Source: a virus
Taxonomy: Duplodnaviria; Heunggongvirae; Uroviricota; Caudoviricetes
DNA length: 31,705 bases
Virus record (IMG/VR): IMGVR_UViG_3300012348_000136
Coordinates: 64,001-95,705 of that record
Strand: one strand, 5' to 3'
Part shown: positions 1 to 5,602 of the stretch, in pieces
How positions within the stretch are numbered: position 1 is the first letter of the stretch
Layout: each line of letters starts with the position of its first letter
Program-made: the position numbers and the translations under genes
The notes under the pieces: model-generated
What the model saw: the letters and a program-made list of their open reading frames with translations, nothing else
What the model was told of the DNA's origin: nothing
The model's database searches: none

Positions 1-38
1 GATTCGTGCTACCCAACAATTTTCATAACTGACCGCTA

Positions 39-134
39 CGTGTTGATACGTAGAACACGGACGACCGACGGGGATGCTGGTAGGTGTGCGTCGGCCTTAA
101 CTCGCCTAGTGTGCGAGGCAAAGGGGACCAGCAT
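39..134 (+). ncRNA. candidate structured RNA with H-type pseudoknot
   Basis: CCGACG(65-70)/CGTCGG(89-94) stem whose loop ATGCTGGT(74-81) is complementary to ACCAGCAT(127-134); extra hairpins CGTGTT/AACACG and CTCGC/GCGAG. Confidence 0.35.
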
Positions 135-157
135 AGAGTGATGTTATGAACAGCACC

Positions 158-195
158 GCGGCCTGGCTGTAAAACGGTGAAACTCCGAGGCCTGC
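158..195 (+). ncRNA. minimal tRNA-elbow-like element
   Basis: GCGGCCT/AGGCCTGC stem enclosing GGCTGTAAAA plus T-arm-like CGG-TGAAACT-CCG. Confidence 0.3.
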
Positions 196-330
196 TATTT
201 TCTTTTGTAGAAGGTCCGCTCGATTAAGTTTAGGTTGGACCATGTGCGCTGGTTGGCAACCTTGACGGCCTTGTAGCAGGTAGGCACAAGCATAGCCAAT
301 GCTTTCTTAGGGAAACCGAAGACTACAACA

Positions 331-408
331 TTGAGTGGAAAGGCGAAGTCTTCGGACATAGATCAAACCTTGTCAGTTTGAACGCTAGGGTGACTCCTCC
401 ACTCAATC
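331..408 (+). ncRNA. tRNA-like cloverleaf (non-canonical)
   Basis: 9-bp terminal stem TTGAGTGGA/TCCACTCAA, GTC-TTCG-GAC hairpin, TCAAAC-7nt loop-GTTTGA arm, degenerate T arm. Confidence 0.35.
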
Positions 409-415
409 ATTTTCT

Positions 416-491
416 GCGTTCGTAATTCAATTGGTAGAATAACTGACTTTTAATCAGTAAGTTGCGGGATCGTGACCCGCCGGACGCACCA
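416..491 (+). tRNA. tRNA-Lys(UUU)
   Basis: GCGTTCG/CGGACGC acceptor, ACTGA-CTTTTAA-TCAGT, T loop ATCGTGA, encoded CCA. Confidence 0.92.
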
Positions 492-511
492 CTTTGTGAA
501 GCATCGGTCTA

Positions 512-519
512 TATAAATA
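512..519 (+). promoter_or_regulatory. T4-type late promoter
   Basis: TATAAATA, 5 nt before ATG 525. Confidence 0.75.
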
Positions 520-524
520 GATTC

Positions 525-1130
525 ATGAACTGCTTATTTTGCAATAAAGAATGCCATAGCGTCCGAAGCTTACGCCAACATAGCATTAGATGCATTGATA
601 ATCCAAATCGTTTACCGGCAAGCCCAGGTAATTCTGGAAAGAAGGGTTCTAATCAATTTATGAATGGACGCGGCGGGATTGTTTCAGAAGAGACTAAACT
701 GAAAATTGGAAAATCAAGTTTAGGACGCGTGCATTCAGATGAGACTAAACGAAAGATCTCCGAATCGAGAAAACGTTTCTTAGACGAAAATCCTTCTAAG
801 GTTCCATACGTACTAAATCATTCTTCTAAAGTTTCATATCCTGAGGAATACTTCATTGATTGCTTTTCAGATTTACAATCAGTAATTTATCAATATCAGG
901 TTTCTCGTTTCTCTTTAGACTTTGCAAACATTCATACGATGAAATACTTCGAAGTTGATGGTGAATTTCATTACACCGATCAAGCTGTTATTTTGAAAGA
1001 TACGATTCGCGAAGAATACTTATCTGCTCGTGGATGGAACGGAATTCGTTTAAGATGGAAGGACTTCAAGAATCTTTCTACGTCTGATCAGAAACTTAAA
1101 ATTGATGAAATTAGAAAGTTCATACAATGA
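525..1130 (+). CDS. putative homing endonuclease (C2H2-like N-terminus, NUMOD3-like repeats, DUF559/Vsr-like nuclease domain)
   Basis: CLFC..HSIRC; SEETKLKIG/HSDETKRKIS repeats; FEVDGEFH and RGWNGIRLRW; start moved from 462 (inside tRNA) to ATG 525. Confidence 0.75.
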   Translation: MNCLFCNKECHSVRSLRQHSIRCIDNPNRLPASPGNSGKKGSNQFMNGRGGIVSEETKLKIGKSSLGRVHSDETKRKISESRKRFLDENPSKVPYVLNHSSKVSYPEEYFIDCFSDLQSVIYQYQVSRFSLDFANIHTMKYFEVDGEFHYTDQAVILKDTIREEYLSARGWNGIRLRWKDFKNLSTSDQKLKIDEIRKFIQ

Positions 1131-1159
1131 CCACTTTCAGTCTACGTGTATAATCATAT

Positions 1160-1262
1160 GTACACCGTGATACTATCCGGACACCGGTAAAGACGAGATA
1201 GTTGTGCGCCTAGCATAGGGCTAATAACTCTATGAACTGCCTAGGATTCGAAAGTAATGTAC
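1160..1262 (+). ncRNA. candidate structured RNA
   Basis: GTACA/TGTAC closing stem, CTATC/GATAG, CATAG/CTATG and CCTAG/CTAGG pairings; no credible ORF. Confidence 0.25.
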
Positions 1263-1284
1263 GAAAGACTGATATAATTAAACT

Positions 1285-1497
1285 ATGAAGCCAATACTCG
1301 CCACAAGCCAATATTGCGGTCCTTGCAAACTGCTTAAAGAACGCCTTGATCCGAACTCTTATGAGGTCCGTGACATGGAAGAAAACCGTGATTTTTTCGT
1401 CGAGAACGGCATTCGCGCCGTTCCGATGCTCATCATAGGTTCCGTGAAAATCACAGGAACCGAGCAAATCCTGGCATATTTCCGTGAAAATCCGTAA
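1285..1497 (+). CDS. glutaredoxin/NrdH-like redoxin
   Basis: CGPC active site, GIRAVPMLII motif, 70 aa. Confidence 0.85.
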   Translation: MKPILATSQYCGPCKLLKERLDPNSYEVRDMEENRDFFVENGIRAVPMLIIGSVKITGTEQILAYFRENP

Positions 1498-1512
1498 CTG
1501 ATTGGTTTTCAA
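1493..1512 (+). repeat. dispersed 20-bp motif CGTAAsTrATTGrwwwTCAA (copy 1)
   Basis: near-identical copies at 19483-19502, 24463-24482, 24509-24528. Confidence 0.7.
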
Positions 1513-1539
1513 CGGGATGAAAATTTGTGAATTTTTTTA

Positions 1540-1568
1540 TTTACAAGTCCGCAAAAACCTGTTAGAAT
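1540..1568 (+). promoter_or_regulatory. sigma70-like early promoter
   Basis: TTTACA-17-TAGAAT. Confidence 0.8.
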
Positions 1569-1677
1569 AATTCTGTAAGGAAACGGTAGAAACAAATTCT
1601 GCCGCCAACTTTCCCTCCGAATCTGAGGTTCGGCTGAAACTGTTCTTTCGCAAACTGAAAAATTCTGAAGATTTTGA

Positions 1678-1706
1678 TTTACAAGACGGGAACTTCCTGT
1701 TAGAAT
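1678..1706 (+). promoter_or_regulatory. sigma70-like early promoter
   Basis: TTTACA-17-TAGAAT. Confidence 0.8.
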
Positions 1707-1821
1707 AAATTCACGATCGGCAACGGTACAACCCGTCGCATGAATCGCCTTCGGAAACAGATTTTCGATTGTAACACGTTCTTTGACATTCAAACTTTGA
1801 AAGGAGTCCTTCGGTCCCTTT

Positions 1822-1957
1822 CACCATACAAGGCCGCGAGTCAAATCGCGTCTGATCAGTAACTCCCCGGATCGGGTTGAGAGAAAATCAGTATGTCAAC
1901 CGATAAATTTTCGTCGAAACTGCTAAGTGCACTTCGGCTAGGGACTAGGAGATGGTG
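1822..1957 (+). ncRNA. candidate structured RNA
   Basis: CACCAT/ATGGTG closing stem, CGCGA/TCGCG hairpin, ATCGG-GTTGA/TCAAC-CGAT stem. Confidence 0.3.
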
Positions 1958-2066
1958 TAATAATGAAAGCACGAGTCCGACATTTTGTAAAAAGAAAAGG
2001 CCGTATCTCGACAAGAGAAAGTATAAAAGACGCCGGTTGAGCCTAGCAACCAACAAATTTTCATAT

Positions 2067-2145
2067 GGGGTGTGAGTAAGGACGACTCGGTTTGGCAAAG
2101 TCAATTAAAACCCGAGGAACGGTTCGACTCCGTGACACTCCACCA
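2067..2145 (+). ncRNA. tmRNA tRNA-like-domain-only RNA (alanine-identity acceptor, no D stem, no reading frame)
   Basis: GGGGTGT/ACACTCC-A-CCA with G3.U70; 10-nt unpaired D region then GAC as in the tmRNA at 8204; CTCGG/CCGAG closes a 21-nt loop; T loop TTCGACT. Confidence 0.6.
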
Positions 2146-2162
2146 ATTTACAACTGGACTCG

Positions 2163-2243
2163 GTATGAGTGGCGATGTTCTCAGTGGGATTAAGTTCCCG
2201 CCTTCGGGTTGCTGAGGTTGTATGCCTGTTCTAAAGCTCATAC
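2163..2243 (+). ncRNA. candidate structured RNA
   Basis: GTATGAG/CTCATAC closing stem, inner CTCAG/CTGAG and GGGA/TCCC-type hairpins. Confidence 0.25.
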
Positions 2244-2255
2244 AAGATTTTCAAT

Positions 2256-2340
2256 GCTGCAGTCGACTAATGGTAGGTCCCCAGACTTTCAATCTGGTAG
2301 CGAAAGCTTCGTGCGGGTTCGACTCCCGTCTGCAGTTCCA
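2256..2340 (+). tRNA. tRNA-Glu(UUC), long variable arm
   Basis: CCAGA-CTTTCAA-TCTGG; 15-nt V region with AGC-GAAA-GCT hairpin; CCA. Confidence 0.85.
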
Positions 2341-2640
2341 CTTTTGAATGAAAACCATAACATGGTGACAACCGGATAGGTCGAGTATGTGGACCGAAGA
2401 AGCTCAGTACTCATTCGTTCAATCTTTAAGGCGAAGGTCCCAATCGTAAGTGCCTGCAGCACGAGAAGATAAAGTAATTAAACGTACAGATGGACGCGTA
2501 CCACCGTTTGTGATGATAGGAAGACCCCAGGTCGCCTCGCGCGAAGTAAGGAAACCGAACATGCCCGTGTTCATCACAATAAAGTTATTCACGGGAGATT
2601 TTCAACTGAGTCGGAGATTAGAGGTAAGTTGAGTAACAAC

Positions 2641-2753
2641 GCCCTGGTAGGTTAATAGGTAAACCGACATGCTTCATTCAATGGTACCAAACGATGAAGG
2701 CATGTGTGTACAGCATGAAAATGTAGATCTGGGTTCGATCCCCAGTCGGGGCT
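2641..2753 (+). tRNA. tRNA body with 29-nt anticodon loop (22-nt excess); apparent UCA anticodon, identity unresolved
   Basis: GCCCTGG/TCGGGGC acceptor, GGTT/AACC D stem, ACATG/CATGT anticodon stem, long V arm, CTGGG-TTCGATC-CCCAG; no encoded CCA. Confidence 0.6.
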
Positions 2754-2814
2754 GCTCTAATAAATAACGAGGCGTCGTTCCACGCCTACAAGATTCGGTA
2801 AGTTTTCAAACATT

Positions 2815-2895
2815 CATTGCAAAGCTCGTAGTCATGACCGAGCGGTGGTCCATAAGTATGCACATACAAAAGCCAGTTCGACTCTGGGTGCAATG
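2815..2895 (+). ncRNA. anticodon-less tRNA-like RNA
   Basis: CATTGCA/TGCAATG acceptor, GCTCG/CGAGC arm, CCAG-TTCGACT-CTGG T arm, no 7-nt anticodon loop. Confidence 0.45.
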
Positions 2896-2907
2896 GTAAT
2901 TTTTCAA

Positions 2908-2984
2908 CGGGATGTAGCTCAGCTTGGTAGAGCGCTGCGTTTGGGACGCAGATGTCGTCGGTTCGAATCCGGCTATCCCGACCA
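2908..2984 (+). tRNA. tRNA-Pro(UGG)
   Basis: canonical cloverleaf, CTGCG-TTTGGGA-CGCAG, CCA. Confidence 0.95.
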
Positions 2985-2996
2985 ATTTCAAAACAT

Positions 2997-3081
2997 GGGC
3001 TGGTGTGGCCGGGCTGAGCTGGCGATCATCATGATAGTTCGAAAGAACCTTAAGGAAGTTTGAATCTTCCGCTGTCCGCCA
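2997..3081 (+). ncRNA. degenerate Ser/Sec-like tRNA body with zipped UCA loop
   Basis: GGAAG-TTTGAAT-CTTCC T arm, G73-CCA, GTTC-GAAA-GAAC V arm, ATCA-TCA-TGAT. Confidence 0.4.
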
Positions 3082-3091
3082 ATTTCAATAT

Positions 3092-3176
3092 GGGTAGTTC
3101 GCATAGCGGCAATTGCAGGAGACTGTAAATCTCCCCTCTTCGGAGTACATTGGTTCGAGTCCAATACTGCCCACCA
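3092..3176 (+). tRNA. tRNA-Tyr(GUA)
   Basis: GGAGA-CTGTAAA-TCTCC, long V arm, CCA. Confidence 0.95.
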
Positions 3177-3266
3177 CTTTATAAATTCGTTCACGTGGTG
3201 GTGACGATTACAGGAGCCTAGGTCCCTACACTGTGTCTTTGCTACACAGAACCTTTAATTTTCAAT

Positions 3267-3351
3267 GCGTGTGTGGGTCAACGGCTGACCATCTGACTCT
3301 TAATCAGCGGAAGAAATTCCTATGCAGGTTCGAATCCTGTCGCACGTACCA
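3267..3351 (+). tRNA. tRNA-Lys(CUU), long variable arm
   Basis: CT-CTT-AA loop; 15-nt V region GGAA-GAAA-TTCC; CCA. Confidence 0.85.
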
Positions 3352-3363
3352 TTTTCAATAAAT

Positions 3364-3499
3364 GCCTGTTGTGCAGAATAGAAACAAAGCGTCATGTAGC
3401 AACCCTCACATGACGATGGAATGACGAAAAGCACTAGCTGAACTGATCATTCAGCGCAAAACTTAAAGCTATGAGGTTTACGCTTTGGGTCAGGCGCCA
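3364..3499 (+). ncRNA. CCA-ended multi-stem RNA
   Basis: GCCTG/CAGGC-G-CCA ends; CGTCATG/CATGACG; GCTGAA-CTGATCA-TTCAGC; AAAGC/GCTTT. Confidence 0.35.
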
Positions 3500-3508
3500 C
3501 TTTCAAAT

Positions 3509-3583
3509 GGGCTGTTAGTATAACGGATAATACGCTGCGCTACGAACGCAGACATCCAGGTTCGATTCCTGGGCGGCCTACCA
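3509..3583 (+). tRNA. tRNA-Arg(ACG)
   Basis: CTGCG-CTACGAA-CGCAG, CCA. Confidence 0.93.
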
Positions 3584-3593
3584 TTTTCAATAT

Positions 3594-3670
3594 CCGAGAG
3601 TAGCTTTAATTGGTAAAAGCCCTCCCTGTGAAGGAGCACAATGTGGGTTCGACTCCCACCTCGCGGACCA
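3594..3670 (+). tRNA. tRNA-His(GUG), A73, no genomic G-1
   Basis: CT-GTG-AA loop; CCGAGAG/CTCGCGG-A-CCA; preceding base T. Confidence 0.88.
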
Positions 3671-3705
3671 TTTTCTCGATGCGGTTTGCAGACTGTATCG
3701 GACAA

Positions 3706-3835
3706 GTAAGCGAACATAAGAACGCATGATGCTGCAACTGATTGCAAGTAAGATGAGGTAATAGCATAGTAGGAGTGCACGGGGCGAGGAGCCTCGAGGC
3801 ATTGGTGCAAATCCAATTTACTTTCTGTCGCTTAC
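3706..3835 (+). ncRNA. structured RNA with nested T-arm module
   Basis: GTAAGCGA/TCGCTTAC outer stem; AAGTAA/TTACTT stem stacked on ATTGG-TGCAAAT-CCAAT. Confidence 0.35.
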
Positions 3836-3849
3836 AAGTTTTTCAATAT

Positions 3850-3925
3850 GGGCTCGCATGTTCCTCGGGGGCGAGAAGCACTTGCAATGCATCTGTGGCC
3901 GGTTCGATTCCGGTCGGGTCCACCA
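3850..3925 (+). tRNA. tRNA-Ala(UGC)
   Basis: G3.U70, CT-TGC-AA, A73-CCA; atypical D arm. Confidence 0.85.
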
Positions 3926-3935
3926 ATTTCAAAAT

Positions 3936-4029
3936 GTGGTTCATCGGAAGCAGTCTTTAGGTGGGCTGAGGTGACTGTCGCTCAAAGCGAGAAACACCCT
4001 ATGCCAGTCCCTCCCGATGAACCACGCCA
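3936..4029 (+). ncRNA. RNA with perfect 12-bp terminal helix ending G-CCA
   Basis: GTGGTTCATCGG/CCGATGAACCAC followed by GCCA. Confidence 0.5.
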
Positions 4030-4033
4030 CTCT

Positions 4034-4120
4034 GGGCAGCGAGAACTGTGGGTAAGTAAAAGGAGATTCGACCTCTCCATTCTCTGGCTAGTCACTATCA
4101 GGATGACAACCTGACTGCCC
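4034..4120 (+). ncRNA. structured RNA with internal D/T elbow mimic
   Basis: GGGCAG/CTGCCC; GAGAA/TTCTC around GGAGA-TTCGACC-TCTCC; TCAGG/CCTGA hairpin. Confidence 0.4.
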
Positions 4121-4138
4121 GAATTTTTCATAAGTAAT

Positions 4139-4213
4139 GCTGGCATCGTCTAATGGTCAGGACGCATCCCTTTCAAGGATTAAATACGAGTTCGATTCTC
4201 GTTGTCAGTACCA
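4139..4213 (+). tRNA. tRNA-Glu(UUC)
   Basis: ATCC-CTTTCAA-GGAT, short V arm, CCA. Confidence 0.92.
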
Positions 4214-4221
4214 ATCTTTAA

Positions 4222-4296
4222 CCACGTGTAGCTCAGAGGCAGAGCAGACGCCCGATAAGCGTCAGGTCGTGATATCGTAATTCACCACGTGGACCA
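4222..4296 (+). tRNA. tRNA-Ile(GAU), atypical C33 and T loop
   Basis: CCACGTG/CACGTGG, GACGC-CCGATAA-GCGTC, T loop ATCGTAA, CCA. Confidence 0.8.
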
Positions 4297-4303
4297 CTTT
4301 TAT

Positions 4304-4393
4304 GGAGGTATGACAGAGCGGTAATGTATCTGTTTGCTAAACAGCAGTCACCCTTGACCGGGTGCGTCGGTTCGATCCCGGCTGCCTCCGCCA
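4304..4393 (+). tRNA. tRNA-Ser(GCU)
   Basis: TT-GCT-AA loop, long V arm, G73-CCA. Confidence 0.93.
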
Positions 4394-4402
4394 CTTTCAA
4401 AT

Positions 4403-4480
4403 GGGCCGTACCCTTGTGGGCATCCAAAGCAGTGAAATGCAGAGGTTAGGTAATAAGTTGGACGATACCAACACGGCACA
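4403..4480 (+). pseudogene. degenerate tRNA-like element
   Basis: GGGCCGT/ACGGCAC ends and GTTGG/CCAAC T-like arm; no canonical loops or CCA. Confidence 0.3.
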
Positions 4481-4490
4481 CGCTTTCAAT

Positions 4491-4565
4491 CGCGGGTTAC
4501 TCGAGTGGTTCAGAGGCGGGTCTCATAAGCCTGTTACGTCGGTTCGAATCCGACACCCGCAACCA
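4491..4565 (+). tRNA. tRNA-fMet(CAU), initiator type
   Basis: C1.A72 mismatch, CGCGGG start, CT-CAT-AA, CCA. Confidence 0.88.
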
Positions 4566-4567
4566 AT

Positions 4568-4643
4568 GGCTCGTTCGTTCAACGGATAGGACTGCGTTCT
4601 TCTAAAGCGACAATGATGGGTTCGATTCCCTCACGAGCTACCA
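4568..4643 (+). tRNA. tRNA-Arg(UCU)
   Basis: CT-TCT-AA loop, CCA. Confidence 0.88.
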
Positions 4644-4789
4644 CTTTTCTGCAATGAGGGCATGGGGATGATTGGTTTCCCAAGAGCATGTGCAAGGACG
4701 CAACGATGAGTCCGTTTCCATACGGACCTACCAATGACCTGAATCTAAACTCTTCTAGGTGAGCGACCTGATCAGAACTAATTTTCAAT

Positions 4790-4866
4790 GGCCGTGTAGC
4801 CGAATAGGTATAGGCAACGAACTTAAAATTCGTAATTTGTGGGTTCGAGTCCCACCACGGCTACCA
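4790..4866 (+). tRNA. tRNA-Leu(UAA), short variable region
   Basis: ACGAA-CTTAAAA-TTCGT; V region only AATTT; A73-CCA. Confidence 0.88.
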
Positions 4867-4872
4867 TTTTTA

Positions 4873-4933
4873 GATTGGTGTTCTTTATCCACTAAGAGAC
4901 CTGTATTGGCATGGTTCTTGAGGAACACCGATC
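4873..4933 (+). ncRNA. long hairpin spacer RNA
   Basis: 12-bp GATTGGTGTTCT/GGAACACCGATC plus inner stem. Confidence 0.3.
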
Positions 4934-4939
4934 TCTCAT

Positions 4940-5015
4940 GCGCTTGTAGCTCAATGGTCAGAGCTCCCGACTCATAATCGGTAGGTTACAGGTTCGAATC
5001 CTGTCGGGCGCACCA
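4940..5015 (+). tRNA. tRNA-Met/Ile2(CAU), elongator type
   Basis: paired G1-C72, CT-CAT-AA, CCA. Confidence 0.9.
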
Positions 5016-5024
5016 AACATCTTA

Positions 5025-5126
5025 GCAGTAGAGAGGAAAACTCAGCCATGATGGTTGTTGGCGGTTCCTCAGAGGAAGTCGTGTTCCTCTTAGTGTAAAT
5101 GTCGAATCACGAATCAAGCACACTGC
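5025..5126 (+). ncRNA. candidate structured RNA
   Basis: GCAGT/ACTGC closing stem; GAGGAA/TTCCTC and AGAGGAA/TTCCTCT hairpins. Confidence 0.3.
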
Positions 5127-5137
5127 AAAATTTCAAA

Positions 5138-5214
5138 TCCTGAGTAGCTCAGTGGCAGTTAGCGGTGCACTGTTAATGCATAGGTCGTTGGTTCGATCCC
5201 AACCTCAGGAGCCA
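5138..5214 (+). tRNA. tRNA-Asn(GUU)
   Basis: TCCTGAG/CTCAGGA, CT-GTT-AA, G73-CCA. Confidence 0.92.
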
Positions 5215-5343
5215 ATTTAATTGTGGGAAGCTAATTGGAGCAATAGACAATTTCTGATCGGATGTCTAAGTAAAGCATTTACTGAATGCAACATATCATA
5301 TAATGGAAACCTTTTTAAGAAATTTCTAAATCTTTATAATAAA

Positions 5344-5429
5344 GCTGAAGTCGCATAGTGGTCGATTGCACCTGCCTTGTAAGCAGGATGGTTTCCGCGC
5401 CGTGGGTTCGAATCCCACCTTCAGCTCCA
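5344..5429 (+). tRNA. tRNA-Thr(UGU), extended variable region
   Basis: CCTGC-CTTGTAA-GCAGG; 14-nt V region; CCA. Confidence 0.88.
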
Positions 5430-5453
5430 AACATTTTTCGTTGAGTAGTGATA

Positions 5454-5583
5454 TGAATTGGTTACTTCTATTGTTACAGACGGGGTGAAGGTTCGAATCC
5501 TTCGTCGAGAACAGAGTGCATTCGTAGAGTGCATTCCGTTCTCGGCTAGCTTAATGGTTAGAGCACGAAAAAATACCAAGTCA
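5454..5583 (+). ncRNA. circularly permuted tRNA mimic (YrlA-type Y RNA topology)
   Basis: order T arm (5487-5503) > 9-bp acceptor-like hairpin (5504-5546) > D arm TA-GCTT-AATGGTTA-GAGC (5547-5564); ends pair TGAATTGGT/ACCAAGTCA. Confidence 0.7.
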
Positions 5584-5602
5584 GACTGTTCTCTCGACGA
5601 AT

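Noticed and set aside
1493-1512. dif/Xer site interpretation of the 20-bp motif
   Set aside because: Does not fit the 11-6-11 XerC/XerD arm consensus
1710-2640. RNase P RNA or hammerhead ribozyme
   Set aside because: No GAGGAAAGTCC/P4 signature and no complete CTGANGA...GAAA core with supporting stems
3944-3955. SRP RNA motif GGAAGCAG
   Set aside because: The preceding CAGG-stem-GNRA half of helix 8 is missing
5221-5358. 45-codon TTG-start mini-ORF ending in tRNA-Thr
   Set aside because: Weak start, no promoter, no motif; may be a gene remnant but is not supportable
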